Translations under genes and position numbers: made by a program
Part shown: piece by piece, positions 21,288 through 32,196 of the stretch
How the letters are laid out: each line of letters opens with the position of its first letter
Numbering within the stretch: the first letter of the stretch is position 1
DNA from: an uncultured Methanomassiliicoccales archaeon
GTDB lineage: Archaea > Thermoplasmatota > Thermoplasmata > Methanomassiliicoccales > UBA472
DNA length: 64,000 nucleotides
Assembly: GCA_963695345.1 (NCBI GenBank)
Contig: OY968769.1
Coordinates: 1,952,001 to 2,016,000, forward strand
Direction of reading: 5' to 3'
The notes under the pieces: generated by a model
The model's database searches: none
What the model saw: only the letters and a program-made list of their open reading frames with translations
Told to the model about the DNA's origin: nothing

Positions 21288-23473
21288 TCAGTGACCGGAC
21301 AGGGCGATCGCGCACTGCCCGGCCGAGATGCAGCCGTCGCCGTTCGGCAGCTGATCCGGCAGAAGCAGCTCGAACCCTTTGGAGCGGGCGATCTCTCTGG
21401 TCAGCCGGCAGACGGTCGCGTTATAGGATACCCCTCCAGTGATCCCTATGGCGCCAAGGCCTTTGGAATCGGCCTCGAGGCAGGCGATATCGACCAACGA
21501 TTCCAGGATCGCCTTCACGAAGCTCACCGCCAGGTCTTCCTTCCTTCCGTCGGACTCAAACAGCTGGGCGAACAGCGGGATGGTCTGAACCACTCCATTC
21601 TTCACCTCCGCGGCCAGCTCGACGGTCGGTTCTCCCTTCTCCAGCCATCTCTCCAGCTTCATGGCCGGCTCTCCGTCATAGGAACGATACTGGCATATCC
21701 CCAGGTAGCAGGACAGGGCATCCATGACCCTTCCCATGCTGGTGGTCTTCGGGCTTTTGGTCATCAGCTTTCGGAGCAGGGCGGCGTCGACGTCGGTGAA
21801 ATACCCGCCATCCTGTCCCAGAGTCTCCCGGATGGCGAACACCAGCCGCTTGACGTCGTAGACCGCCTTCTCACCGCCGAGCAACGGTATCTCCTGCAGA
21901 TGGCCGACCCTGCGATAGGAGTCGAACCCGGAGTGCAGGACCTCGCCGCCCCATGCGTTGCCATCGTCACCGTAGCCGGTGCCGTCCAGGGTCAGGGCGA
22001 CCGTCTCATCGATGCGGTGGTCCACCATCAGCGCGGCGGCATGGGCCCAATGGTGCTGGACCTCCACGAGCCTGACCCCGGACCCTTCGGCCAGACGCTT
22101 TCCCAGCCGGCGGGTCGAGTATCCGGGATGCAGGTCGATGCCGATCGCCTCGACGGTGTCCGCTCCCAGAAGCCTTCTCTGGTAGGCCAGCCCTGATTCC
22201 AGGAACTCGAGGACGCCGGCAGAGCTGGCATCCCCGATGTACTGGGTGGCGTACAGCTTCTTACCGATCGCCAGCGATCCGGCGATGCTCTCCTGCGCCC
22301 CCAGCCCGATCGCCGTCCCTTCGAAAGGAAAATCGACGGCGACCGGGATGTGTCCTCTCGACTTGCGAATGTAGAACGTGCGGTCATCGAAGCTGCGTAC
22401 CACCGAATCATCGCACCGGTTGACGATCTCCCGATCGTGGAACAGGTAGCAATCGGCCCCCAGCGCAAGGGCGTCCTCGTCGCGCAGGACCATCGGTTCA
22501 CCGGGGACGTTGGCCGAGGTCATTACCAGGGCATCCTCGTCCAGCTCGGAGAACAGGATGTGCTGCATCTCGGTGTACGGCAGGAACACCCCGATGTTAC
22601 CCAGTCCGGGAGCTATCATTTCGGTGACGGCAGAATCCTTCTTGGGCAGCAGCACGATCGGTCGGTGTGTCGATAACAGCAGCTCTTCCTCGTGCCGGTC
22701 CGGTGAAGCGTACCTCCATGGCCGATTCTATGTCCCGGACCATGATGGCGAACGGTTTCTCCCGTCTCCGGTACCACTGCCTCATCCGGGGAAGAGTTGA
22801 GAGGGTGCAGCATAGGTGCATGCCTCCCCAGCCCTTTCGCAACGCCAATAAAACCCTTAACGAGCATCGAGGCGAACGTCGGGATCGGTTCGCCTGGAAC
22901 CGACCTGCCATCGCCATCAAGCAGCCGGAACTTCGGGCCGCACACCGGACATGAGATGGTCTGGTGATGGAACCTTCTGGCCCCCGGGTCTCCGTACTCT
23001 CGGTGGCAATCGGGGCACATCGGGAACTGGTTCATCGAAGTGAGCTCGCGGTCATACGGAAGGTCATTGATGATCGAGAATCGGGCACCACAATCGGTGC
23101 AGTTGGTGAACGGATAGAGATGGCGTCGGTCTGACGGGTCGAACATCTCTTTCTGGCAGTTCTCGCATACCGCGGTGTCGTTCGGGATGCCGACTCCCTT
23201 CTGGCCGCTGGAACTTTTCACGATCTGAAAACCAGTTCCGGCCAGTTCACCGTTGGGCCGGCCCGGGGACATCTCCACGCTGTCCAGCCGTGCCAGTGGA
23301 GGAAGCGTCCTGCGCAGTTCGGATAGGAACAGGTCCGCGTCACCATCGACCTCAATGACGACGTTCGAACCGTTGTTCTGCACATATCCGTCCATTCCCA
23401 GCTGGGTGGCCACCCGATGGACCGTAGGCCGGAAGCCGACCCCCTGGACAATGCCGCGGACAGTTATACGCAT
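21288..23473 (-). CDS. hypF: [NiFe]-hydrogenase maturation carbamoyltransferase, frameshifted near 22700-22850
   Basis: GIVQGVGFRP, CTDCGARF, CPDC..EY, CPVCGP, MTSAN, DLHP.Y, QHHWAH, DGTGYG, PNGDG. Confidence 0.96.
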
Positions 23474-23584
23474 CGATGGATTCGAACATCTGGGAATTAT
23501 TTAACGTATTTGCAAAAAGGTAGCCGCCGACCGGGCAAAGTAATATACTGGTGACACCGATTCCGCAGGTCAAGGGGATCAGAT

Positions 23585-23968
23585 ATGAGCGAAATCAGGG
23601 CCGGGCTGTACTACTCAAAGGATCACGAATGGGTGAAGGTTGAGGGCAGCAATGCCCGGATAGGCATTTCCGATCACGCTCAGCATGAGCTCAACGACCT
23701 GGCATTCATCCAGTTGCCGAAGGTCGGGGACAAGGTGAAGGCCGGGGAGGTGCTCGGTATCGTGGAGAGCGTGAAGAACACGGCCGATGTGATAAGTCCG
23801 GTCGGTGGCACAGTGGTCGATGTCAACTCGCCGCTGGAGGACAATCCCCAGATCATAAACAAGTCCCCATATGAAGATGGGTGGATCGCCATGGTAGAGA
23901 TGGACTCACCGGGCGATGTCCTGAGGCTCCTGGACGCGCCAAGCTACAAGAAGTTCCTCAATGAGTGA
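23585..23968 (+). CDS. gcvH: Glycine cleavage system H protein (lipoyl carrier)
   Basis: YSKDHEW, GISDHAQ, VESVK, INKSPYEDGW. Confidence 0.95.
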   Translation: MSEIRAGLYYSKDHEWVKVEGSNARIGISDHAQHELNDLAFIQLPKVGDKVKAGEVLGIVESVKNTADVISPVGGTVVDVNSPLEDNPQIINKSPYEDGWIAMVEMDSPGDVLRLLDAPSYKKFLNE

Positions 23969-24188
23969 TGGGGATCAGCCCTTTCATCACGAACGCCTCG
24001 TGCAGGTCGGCAATGAAGCCGTGCTCGTCCGCCGCCAATCTCTTCTTCACTTCCTTCCAGACGTCAGGGCAATAGTCCTTGCCGAGCAGTTCTTTGATGG
24101 TCCGGTCCACTTCCTTGCGGTTTTCCGGCGTCAGTTTGACGCCCGCTGCAATGACGACATCGTCCAGGTGCCTGAGATAGCACGACAT
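23958..24188 (-). CDS. Small hypothetical protein
   Basis: MSCYLRHL...CPDVWKEVK; protein-like composition and an upstream TTATA element. Confidence 0.6.
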   Translation of the reverse strand: MSCYLRHLDDVVIAAGVKLTPENRKEVDRTIKELLGKDYCPDVWKEVKKRLAADEHGFIADLHEAFVMKGLIPITH

Positions 24189-24510
24189 GGCGTACAATAT
24201 CCGCCGGGGGTATAATCAACGTTCTCCATCCATTTTCATTCGTAGGAATCCATGCATTATGACAAATCACCCTGGTGCGCCAATGGGTCTTCCACAGATA
24301 CCGATTAATAACTCCTCTTCAATCGATATTGGTATTAATTCGGTCAGTTCACGGACAACAAGTTACGGACTCTACATGGAACAAATGATGAGGACCAGAA
24401 TGGTCAGGAAGGTTATTGGGATCATTTCATCGAAGAGCGTCCGTTCCAAATCGTTATCGGCAGAAACAGGGAACAGTGGCCATTATGGAAGATGGCAGGA
24501 AAGCAGATAG

Positions 24511-26448
24511 ATGTCATTCAAGAGAGTATTGTTGATCAAACCTTCCGGAAGGCACGGCCTTTCCTACGCATTCGACCTGATCCCCACCGGGCTGGAGTAC
24601 ATCGCCGCCTCGTTGGAGGATATCGTTGATAAAGTGGTCATATTGGACCTGGAGATGGGGGGCAGACCTTATCCTGATCTTATTACAGAGGCCTTGAAGG
24701 TCCATAATCCTGACCTGGTCGGTATAACGATGTCAGCGACAGAGCACAGCGAAGGTCTGGAGATCGCCCGAATGGCCAAAGGCCAGGGGGCCGCCACTCT
24801 GATGGGCGGATACCATCCCACGGCGATTCCCGATGAACTGCTATCGCATCGCCAGGTGGACATGGTGGTCCGCGGCGAAGGCGAGATGACCATACGTGAG
24901 CTGGTTCTGAAAGGGGGGCCTCAAGGAGTCAAGGGCGTTTCGTACCGGGAGGACGACAAGATAATCCACAACCCCGACCGGGAGTTCATCGAGGACCTGG
25001 ACAGCCTTCCATTTCCGGCCCGGCATCTGAGAAAGCACACGTACGGAACGAGGTTGATGCGGGACCGCGACTTTGATGTGCTGACCACGTCCCGCGGTTG
25101 CTGGGGCAGGTGCACCTTCTGCTGTGAGCCCACCATGAGCAAGAGCCATCAACGTTACCGTTCACCCGAGAACGTGATGAAGGAGATACTGGAGATCGTC
25201 TCCTTCCATAACAACAAGCCGCTCGCCATCGACATAACCGACCCTCATTTCATGGGCAAGCCGGAGCTGGTGGAGCGCCTCTGCGACCTTCTGGCGCCGC
25301 ACCATCTCGACATCCGCTTCGGGGTCAAGGTGCGGGCCGATTCGGTGGCCAAACATCCCGAGATCGTCAGGAAGATGATCGCGGTCGGGATCGAGGGTTT
25401 CGAAATGGGCATCGAAAGCCCTAACCAGGAGGATATCCGCTCCACAGCGAAGGGGATGAGCATCGACGTACACGTTACGGCGGTTAATAACATCAAGAAA
25501 TATGGAGGCAACGCAGGCGGGACCTTCGTCATCGGCCTTCCTGGTCAGACCGAAGAACAGATCCTGGGTTTCCCGGCCTATGCCAAGAAGATAGGGCTCA
25601 CCAGCACCGCCTACGGCATTGCCACGCCATTTCCCGGAACGAAGTTCCATGAGGACCTGGATGCCCAGGGCCTGATATTCGAGACCGACTGGAACCGCTA
25701 TGACGAGATGCACTCCATATTCCGGTCCGATCACCTCTCCAGCCAACGGACGGAAGAGCTGGCCTCGATCTGCATGGCCCGGTTCTGGACGGTGGACACG
25801 TTCATCGAAAAGGAACGGATGCACACGATAAGGTCCGCATCGAAAAGACCGTTGATAAAGTTCATCGGGGACAAGATGCAGGAGCTGGACTTCTCGCTGA
25901 GGATGGGATCGCAGTTGCAGACCAAGAACCTGGGGAAACACGTCATATCCGTCATCGAGGCGTCAGCCGACCCTGGCGTTGAGAGATACACCAGGGAGGT
26001 GGGCGTGCACAACATCATCGAAATGCCCGTGCTCCTACGGCTGATGGGCGATCAAAAGGTGCAGCTCACGGTAAAGAGCAACGGAGAGGCGGTCACAAGC
26101 TGGATACTCAAGACCGCCCAGAACAAGGTGGAGTACATCCAGGTGATACCAGGAAGGTCGGATCAGAGCACGGTGAACGTGGACCTGGAACTGGATGATT
26201 TCAATTTCAGCAAGAGCGGCAGCGTGAACCTGGTCGAGAGCATCGCCATCCTGGGGAAGATGCTAGCTTCGAACAAGGGGATCAGGAAGCAACCGACGAT
26301 GATCCGATTGATGGTTGCCGGAGGTATGGAGATGGTCGTGGGCTACGTTAGGAGCATGGACCGAAAGGTCTCCGGAAAACGCTCCACCAGCATGCCGAGG
26401 GTTAGTCCATGCGGTCCGTCCTGCGCCGACAGCCCATGGGCAAAATAG
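24511..26448 (+). CDS. Cobalamin-binding radical SAM protein (class B) with an additional C-terminal domain
   Basis: PTGLEYIAA, PDLVGIT, GGYHPT, VRGEGE, LDSLPFPARHL, SRGCWGRCTFC (CX3CX2C), GIES, TPFPGT. Confidence 0.93.
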   Translation: MSFKRVLLIKPSGRHGLSYAFDLIPTGLEYIAASLEDIVDKVVILDLEMGGRPYPDLITEALKVHNPDLVGITMSATEHSEGLEIARMAKGQGAATLMGGYHPTAIPDELLSHRQVDMVVRGEGEMTIRELVLKGGPQGVKGVSYREDDKIIHNPDREFIEDLDSLPFPARHLRKHTYGTRLMRDRDFDVLTTSRGCWGRCTFCCEPTMSKSHQRYRSPENVMKEILEIVSFHNNKPLAIDITDPHFMGKPELVERLCDLLAPHHLDIRFGVKVRADSVAKHPEIVRKMIAVGIEGFEMGIESPNQEDIRSTAKGMSIDVHVTAVNNIKKYGGNAGGTFVIGLPGQTEEQILGFPAYAKKIGLTSTAYGIATPFPGTKFHEDLDAQGLIFETDWNRYDEMHSIFRSDHLSSQRTEELASICMARFWTVDTFIEKERMHTIRSASKRPLIKFIGDKMQELDFSLRMGSQLQTKNLGKHVISVIEASADPGVERYTREVGVHNIIEMPVLLRLMGDQKVQLTVKSNGEAVTSWILKTAQNKVEYIQVIPGRSDQSTVNVDLELDDFNFSKSGSVNLVESIAILGKMLASNKGIRKQPTMIRLMVAGGMEMVVGYVRSMDRKVSGKRSTSMPRVSPCGPSCADSPWAK

Positions 26449-26466
26449 GAAAGGATAAGGCGGGGC

Positions 26467-27252
26467 TCAGGCCCCTGCCTCTTTCAAGATATCGGCGCAC
26501 TTGCACTTCTTACGCAGCTCCGGTATCTTCGGCAATACGTTCTTGAGCAGAAGCTGCACCTTGTCCATGTTGTCGGCCATGGTCTTGAGGATGGACTTGG
26601 TGTCGACCGGCTCGTCAGCCCACACATCGAAATCGGTGATCATGGCCAGGCTGGTGTAGCACATTTCCATCTCCCTTGCGAGCTGGCATTCCGGGACGAC
26701 GGTCATGCCGATGATGTCGGCGAAGGCCCGGTACATCGTGCTCTCCGCCCTGGTGGAGAACCGGGGACCTTCGACGCATACGTACGTCCCACCGGCATGG
26801 ACCGGGATCTTGGCCTTTTTTGCCGCCTTGACGAACAGGTCGTTCATCTCCGGACAGAACGGGTCGGCCATGCTGACATGGACCGTCTTTCCCTCATCGA
26901 AGAAGGTGTACTCCCTGGTCTTGGTGAAATCTATGAACTGGTCCACCACTACGATCTCTCCCGGCTTGAAATCTTCCTGGAGCGATCCGACCGCACAGGG
27001 GGACACGATCCTTTCCACCCCCAGCTGCTTCATGGCCCAGACGTTGGCCCGGTAGTTCACCTTGTGCGGTGGGTATACATGCCCCTTTCCATGCCGGGGC
27101 AGGAAAGCCACCTCCACGCCGTATAGGTCGCCGATGAGGATCTCGTCGGAGGTCGCCCCATACGGTGTGAAAGGTCTCACCGTCTCCTTGAGCTTGAACA
27201 TCTTGGGGTCATAGACCCCGGTGCCGCCGATGATACCGATCTTGGCCTGCAT
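26467..27252 (-). CDS. mtnP: S-methyl-5'-thioadenosine phosphorylase
   Basis: IGIIGGTG, PRHG, NYRAN, EGPRFSTRAES, GMT, TDFD. Confidence 0.93.
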   Translation of the reverse strand: MQAKIGIIGGTGVYDPKMFKLKETVRPFTPYGATSDEILIGDLYGVEVAFLPRHGKGHVYPPHKVNYRANVWAMKQLGVERIVSPCAVGSLQEDFKPGEIVVVDQFIDFTKTREYTFFDEGKTVHVSMADPFCPEMNDLFVKAAKKAKIPVHAGGTYVCVEGPRFSTRAESTMYRAFADIIGMTVVPECQLAREMEMCYTSLAMITDFDVWADEPVDTKSILKTMADNMDKVQLLLKNVLPKIPELRKKCKCADILKEAGA

Positions 27253-27409
27253 AGTGATCGGAACCTGGAACGGTTTTTCGGATAAAGAACCGTCGGCCTC
27301 CCAGGTCAATTAACGATTGTCTATTCAGGACAATTTATCTTTCGTTTTTCCGGAAAGGAATACGAAAGACTTATTTTGAGTCAGTTGCACTGTTGCCTTT
27401 GGATATAAT

Positions 27410-27943
27410 ATGGGACCGAAGGCTGAAGTGAATCCAATTTGGGCGTGCAGGGCGTTTCCGGCATTCCCTGTCGTGCTCGTGGCCGTGGGGGATGGTCAAG
27501 AGGGCGGGGAAAGGAACGTCATGACCGTGGCTTTGGTCCATATGTTCTCTTTCAATCCGCCAGTCCTCGGAGTGGGCGTTTCGCCATCGAGGCATACCTA
27601 CTCCCTCATGGAAAAGTATCCCGATTTCTCCATCAACATTCCCTGCAAGGAGCTTGTGGAAGAGGTCCTTTACTGTGGCCAGAAGTCCGGGAGGGAAGTG
27701 GACAAGTTCGAGGAGTGCGGGCTCGGATGCAGGAAGGGAAACAAGATCGACTCCCCGATTCTGGACGAATGCATGGTCAACCTGGAACTGAGGAAGACGC
27801 AGAAGGTGGAAGCGGGGGACCATGTTTGGTTCCTGGGCGAGGTGGTCCACGCGGAGATGGAATCCTGCGCCGACAGGGACCGGGCGCTGCTGTATTGGTC
27901 TGGCGAGTTCCGGTTGATAGGCGACGTGATAAGACGCCGTTGA
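27410..27943 (+). CDS. Flavin reductase-like (flavoredoxin) protein
   Basis: PVVLV, NVMT, PP, FSINIP, CGQKSGREVDKF, GDHVWFLGEV. Confidence 0.88.
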   Translation: MGPKAEVNPIWACRAFPAFPVVLVAVGDGQEGGERNVMTVALVHMFSFNPPVLGVGVSPSRHTYSLMEKYPDFSINIPCKELVEEVLYCGQKSGREVDKFEECGLGCRKGNKIDSPILDECMVNLELRKTQKVEAGDHVWFLGEVVHAEMESCADRDRALLYWSGEFRLIGDVIRRR

Positions 27944-28004
27944 TGTCGGACTCTTCCAAAGATATTTAGCGTGACTCATTCAATCATTGTCCTCGGTGAG
28001 AACA

Positions 28005-28548
28005 ATGGGATCTTTTCAGGACGACAAGATAGACACTGACAATATGACCTCGGTCCAGCTGCTGCCGCCCGCCCCAGTGGTATTGGTGGCCGTGGGGGAC
28101 AAGGAAGGCAAGGAGAGGAACATCATCTCCGTGGGCATGTTCAACCTTTTCTCACAGAAACCGCCTCTGATCGGCATCGCGGTGCTAACCTCGAGGCAGT
28201 CGTACAAGCTGCTGGAAGAGTGTCCTGACTTCTCGGTCAACATCCCCGGAAAGGAACTGATCGAACAGGTCGATCCTGTGCGGGACCAAGTCCGGCAAGA
28301 ACATGGACAAGTTCAAGGAGGCGGGTCTGACCGCCATTCCGGGCAAGAGGATCAAGTCCCCCAAGATCGAGGAGTGCCTCATCAACATCGAGGTGAAGAA
28401 GAAGGAGTCGTTCGAGAAGGGCGACCACACATGGTATGTCGGGGAGATCGTCCACACCGACGTGACCAAGGACTATGACCGCTCCAATGCCCTGTTGTTC
28501 TGGGATGGGGAGTTCAGCACCTCTGGTAAGGTCCTTAAGAAGCTTTAA
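28005..28548 (+). CDS. Second flavoredoxin paralogue, frameshift near 28272
   Basis: PAPVVLV, FSVNIP, CGTKSGKNMDKF, GDHTWYVGEI. Confidence 0.87.
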
Positions 28549-28675
28549 CGGACCTGAACCGGTCCAATATTATTTTTTACGAATATATTATTTTGAATTG
28601 CCACTAACCGCCGGACGCGATGCGGTGCTGGCGGAGACCCGTCTGTGGCTCCTTGGAATGATTCGACACTGAAAA

Positions 28676-28708
28676 ATTGTAATTCGGCCCAAGTGACCGG
28701 GTCGAAAA
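28676..28708 (-). terminator. Hairpin plus T-rich tract downstream of pheA
   Basis: TTCGGCCC...GGGTCGAA inverted repeat (28683-28706), followed on the minus strand by ACAATTTTT. Confidence 0.4.
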
Positions 28709-28711
28709 TCG

Positions 28712-29557
28712 CTACTCCGGCGGTTTCGCCCTGGGGAATGAGCCGAACACCTTCACGAACGATGCCTTGCGTACCAGGTCGATAAGGGCCTTGCTGACGC
28801 TGGCATCGTTGACGCTGCCGTCTATGTCCAGATAGAACACGTATTCCCAGGGGCGTTCCTTTCTTGGGCGGGACTCCAGCTTGGTGATGTTCACGCCGTG
28901 CTCGGCGAACGCACCCAGACATTTGTACAGGGCGCCAGGCACGTGTTTGGTGGTGAATGCCAGCGCCGTCTTGTCGCCGCCGCTGTCGACCTTGGGGTCC
29001 TTTTCCAGGACGAAGAACCGGGTACAGTTCTTGTTGCTGTTCTGGATACCTTCCCGGAGGACCTTCATGCCGTAGTAGTCCGCCGCCCTCCTGCTGGCCA
29101 CGGCCGCCTCCTCCAACAGCCCGCGCTGTTTGATCATGAGAACGCTGCCCGCCGTGTCGAAGGAGGGGATCTTCTCCCATTCCGGATGATCGAGCAGGAA
29201 GTTCCTGGACTGGCCCAGCGCCTGCGGGTGGCTGTACACCTTCCGAATGTCATTCAACTCAGCATTCGGCTGGCCGATGAGACAGTGCCTGATAGGCAAC
29301 AGGATCTCGCCGATCACCGTCAGGTCGCTCTCCAGGAGCAGGTCGTTGGCCAGAGTGACGCTTCCCTCGATGCTGTTCTCCACCGGAAGGACGCCATGGG
29401 TGGCCTTTCCCCGGTCGACGGCGTCGAAGAGGTCGGTGAACTCCTGACAGGGCACGGTCTCCACATCATCGCCGAAGTACGAGTAGACCGCGTCCTCGCT
29501 GTAGGCCCCCTTCACTCCCTGGAACGCCACCTTCGCGCCGTCATGCGGTTCACCCAT
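28712..29557 (-). CDS. pheA: Prephenate dehydratase (with ACT domain)
   Basis: VAFQG..GAYSE, PVENSIEG, SHPQALGQ, TRFF, NITKLESRP. Confidence 0.95.
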   Translation of the reverse strand: MGEPHDGAKVAFQGVKGAYSEDAVYSYFGDDVETVPCQEFTDLFDAVDRGKATHGVLPVENSIEGSVTLANDLLLESDLTVIGEILLPIRHCLIGQPNAELNDIRKVYSHPQALGQSRNFLLDHPEWEKIPSFDTAGSVLMIKQRGLLEEAAVASRRAADYYGMKVLREGIQNSNKNCTRFFVLEKDPKVDSGGDKTALAFTTKHVPGALYKCLGAFAEHGVNITKLESRPRKERPWEYVFYLDIDGSVNDASVSKALIDLVRKASFVKVFGSFPRAKPPE

Positions 29558-29559
29558 GC

Positions 29560-30930
29560 TCAGCACCCGAAGAACTCTTTATGGATGGCCTTGGTGGCGA
29601 CTTCCAGGTCGTCCTTCTTGACCGTGAAATGATAGGCTACCAGGGAGGCTCCGGCGGAGATCAGCCCGATGTTGATCCCCTCAGCGGCGACGGCGTTGAA
29701 TGCCCTGGAGGCGACGCCCTCGGGTATATCCGATGCCTTCCCCCACCAGACAAAGCAGGGCGATGTCCTCGGAGGTCTCGATCCGGACGATCCCGGACTG
29801 CTTCTCCGATTCCAGGGCGATCCTGGCCGCACCCAGGTCCTTCCTGTCCACCAGCATGGCGACGCAGGTCAGCGAGGTGGCCACAGACAGTATGTTGACG
29901 TCCGCCTCGTTGAGCCGGCGGCTCAGCTGTGACAGGAATCCAGAACGGTAACCGGTGTCCTCGGCGAAGATCTTGACCATGCCCAGGTTCTTCATGCAGG
30001 AGATCGACTTGATGACCGCCTCGTCCTCCGGCGTGCTCTTGGAGACCGCCGTGCCTGGAAGGTCCGGCCGGTACACGTTCTTGAGCTTGATGACGATGTC
30101 CTTGGCCCGGGCCGGCACCACCGTCATGGGATGCAGGACCTTGGCCCCGAAATAGGCCAGCTCCGCCGCCTCTTCGTACGAGAGCTGGGGTATGGGAATC
30201 GCCTGGGGCACGATCTTCGGATCGACGGACATGAACCCGTCGACATCCTTCCAGATCTCCAGGGTGTCCGCACCGATGGCGTTGGCGATGGCGGCGGCCG
30301 AATAGTCCGAACCGTTGCGGCCGAACACCGTGACCGATCCGTCCGGGGCCTTGCCGAAGAAACCCGTGACCACCGGGACCTGGTGCGATCCGAACATGAT
30401 CAGGATGCGGTCCCTGATGTTCTCCTGGGTCTTTTCCAGGTCGGCGATCGCCGAACCGTAGACACCGTCGGTGATGATGCCCAGCTCGTCCGCGTCCAAC
30501 GGGACCGCGTCCACGCCCTGGTCGCGCAGCATGGCGGAAACGACGATGGCCGAGAGCCTTTCCCCGTAGCACTGGACGAAGTCCTTGGTGCGGGGAGTGA
30601 CCTCTTCCAGATAGGAGATGCCGTAGAGCATCCGCTCCAGTTTGACCAGCTTCCCGTTGATCCGGGCCATGGCGTCCTCCCGCTGACGCCGGTCGGAAAC
30701 GGAGTCGGAGATCAGTCTTGAGATGTATCTCCTTCAGTCTTCTGGATGAAGCCGATGACCTCGTTCTCGCTCTTGGTCTGGGCGATGAACTGGATGAGCG
30801 ATTCGGTGATGCCGCTGACGGCCGAGACGACGATGACCTTGTCCTCCTTCTCCGAGGCGATGATCTCCCCTATGCGGAGCATCGATTCACCGGTGGTGAG
30901 CGAGCTGCCACCGAACTTCATGACCTTCAA
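29560..30930 (-). CDS. lysC: Aspartate kinase, frameshifted
   Basis: KVMKFGGSS, VVSA, GERLS, GRNGSDYSA, DVDG...DP, ELAYFGAKVLHP; two ACT domains. Confidence 0.93.
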
Positions 30931-31586
30931 TACAGGCTCCTCCGCTTCACGATCTCTTCCGGGGTCTCGTAGCAGGCGCGGTGCGCCTCCTCCTCGGTGA
31001 GCCCGGCCGCCCTGGCGATGATCATCGCCGTGTGCTCGTCGATGATATCCCCGGGAGAATGGGTGTCCGTGTCCAGGACCATCTTGGCGCCTACCTGGCG
31101 GGCGATCCGGGCCACGTGGCCGTTGGTCTTGTTGTGCGAAGACCGCGAGGTTATCTCCAGGGCCACGCCGTTCTTCTTGGCCAGTTCCGCCTCCTCCACG
31201 GTGATGAAGCCGGGATGGGCCAGAATATCGATGTCCGGGTTGCTGACCGCGGCCAGGTTGGTGCCCTTTTCCACCGGCTCCGAGATGGTCTCCCCGTGTA
31301 TGACCACGATCTGTGCCCCCCTCTGACGTGCCTTGGAAACGACCATGTCGATCTTCTTGGCCGGGACGTGGGTTATCTCCACGCCGTTGAGCACCTCCAG
31401 GTTCCACTCCTTGGCCAGGGGTATGTCCTTCGACGCCTCGTCCAGCACCCGGTCCAGCGTGGACAGTGCCACATGGTCGGTGAAGGCGATGGCCTTGTGC
31501 CCCCTGACCGCGCATCTCCGTGCAAGCTCTATTGGCAGCAGCTCCCCATCGGAGAGCAGCGTGTGCATGTGCAGATCGATCCTCAT
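30927..31586 (-). CDS. PHP-domain phosphoesterase, candidate histidinol-phosphatase
   Basis: DLHMHT..SDG, TDH, GVEITH, HGET, LAHPG, DTDTH; inside the his operon. Confidence 0.8.
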   Translation of the reverse strand: MRIDLHMHTLLSDGELLPIELARRCAVRGHKAIAFTDHVALSTLDRVLDEASKDIPLAKEWNLEVLNGVEITHVPAKKIDMVVSKARQRGAQIVVIHGETISEPVEKGTNLAAVSNPDIDILAHPGFITVEEAELAKKNGVALEITSRSSHNKTNGHVARIARQVGAKMVLDTDTHSPGDIIDEHTAMIIARAAGLTEEEAHRACYETPEEIVKRRSLY

Positions 31587-32196
31587 TTCTTGTGCCCCCT
31601 GCGTTCCGCCAGCATGCGGTATATGTCGTCCTGGCGGCATGTCCGCCGCTTCCAGCACCACCATCAGGTGGTATATGAGGTCCGAGACCTCCCAGGCGGC
31701 CGCCTTTTGGTCATGGCCCTTGAACGCCAATATGACCTCGCCCGCCTCCTCCACGACCTTTTTCAGCCGCTTGTCCTCATCGGCCAGCAGCTTGCTTGTG
31801 TATGAATCCGGATTCGGTTCCCGCTTGCGCTCGGCGATCGACTCTCTTGAGCTCCGGGATGATGTTCATGGTCCCGGCCAGGTCCCCGTAGAGGACCTCC
31901 TCGAAGCAGGATGCCCGGTCCAGGTGGCAGGCGACCCCTTCCTGCTCCACCCGCACCAACAGGGTGTCGGCGTCGCAGTCGAGCTGCATGGACACGATCT
32001 TCTGCAGGTGGCCCGAGGTCTCGCCCTTCTTCCACAGCTTCTGCCGGGAACGGGACCAGAAATGGGTATAACCGGTGCTGAGCATCAGGTCGTAGGCATC
32101 CTGGTTGGCATAGGCGAGCATGAGCACTTCATTGGTGTAGGCGTCCTGGACAATGACCGGGATCAGCCCTTCCGAATTGAACTTGATATCCGTCAT
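31583..32196 (-). CDS. hisIE: Bifunctional phosphoribosyl-AMP cyclohydrolase / phosphoribosyl-ATP pyrophosphatase, frameshifted
   Basis: [23 protein letters not shown]...SCF; [18 protein letters not shown]. Confidence 0.93.

Noticed and set aside
27410-28548. Tandem flavoredoxins as a novel system
   Set aside because: Best explained as an ordinary tandem duplication of a common family.
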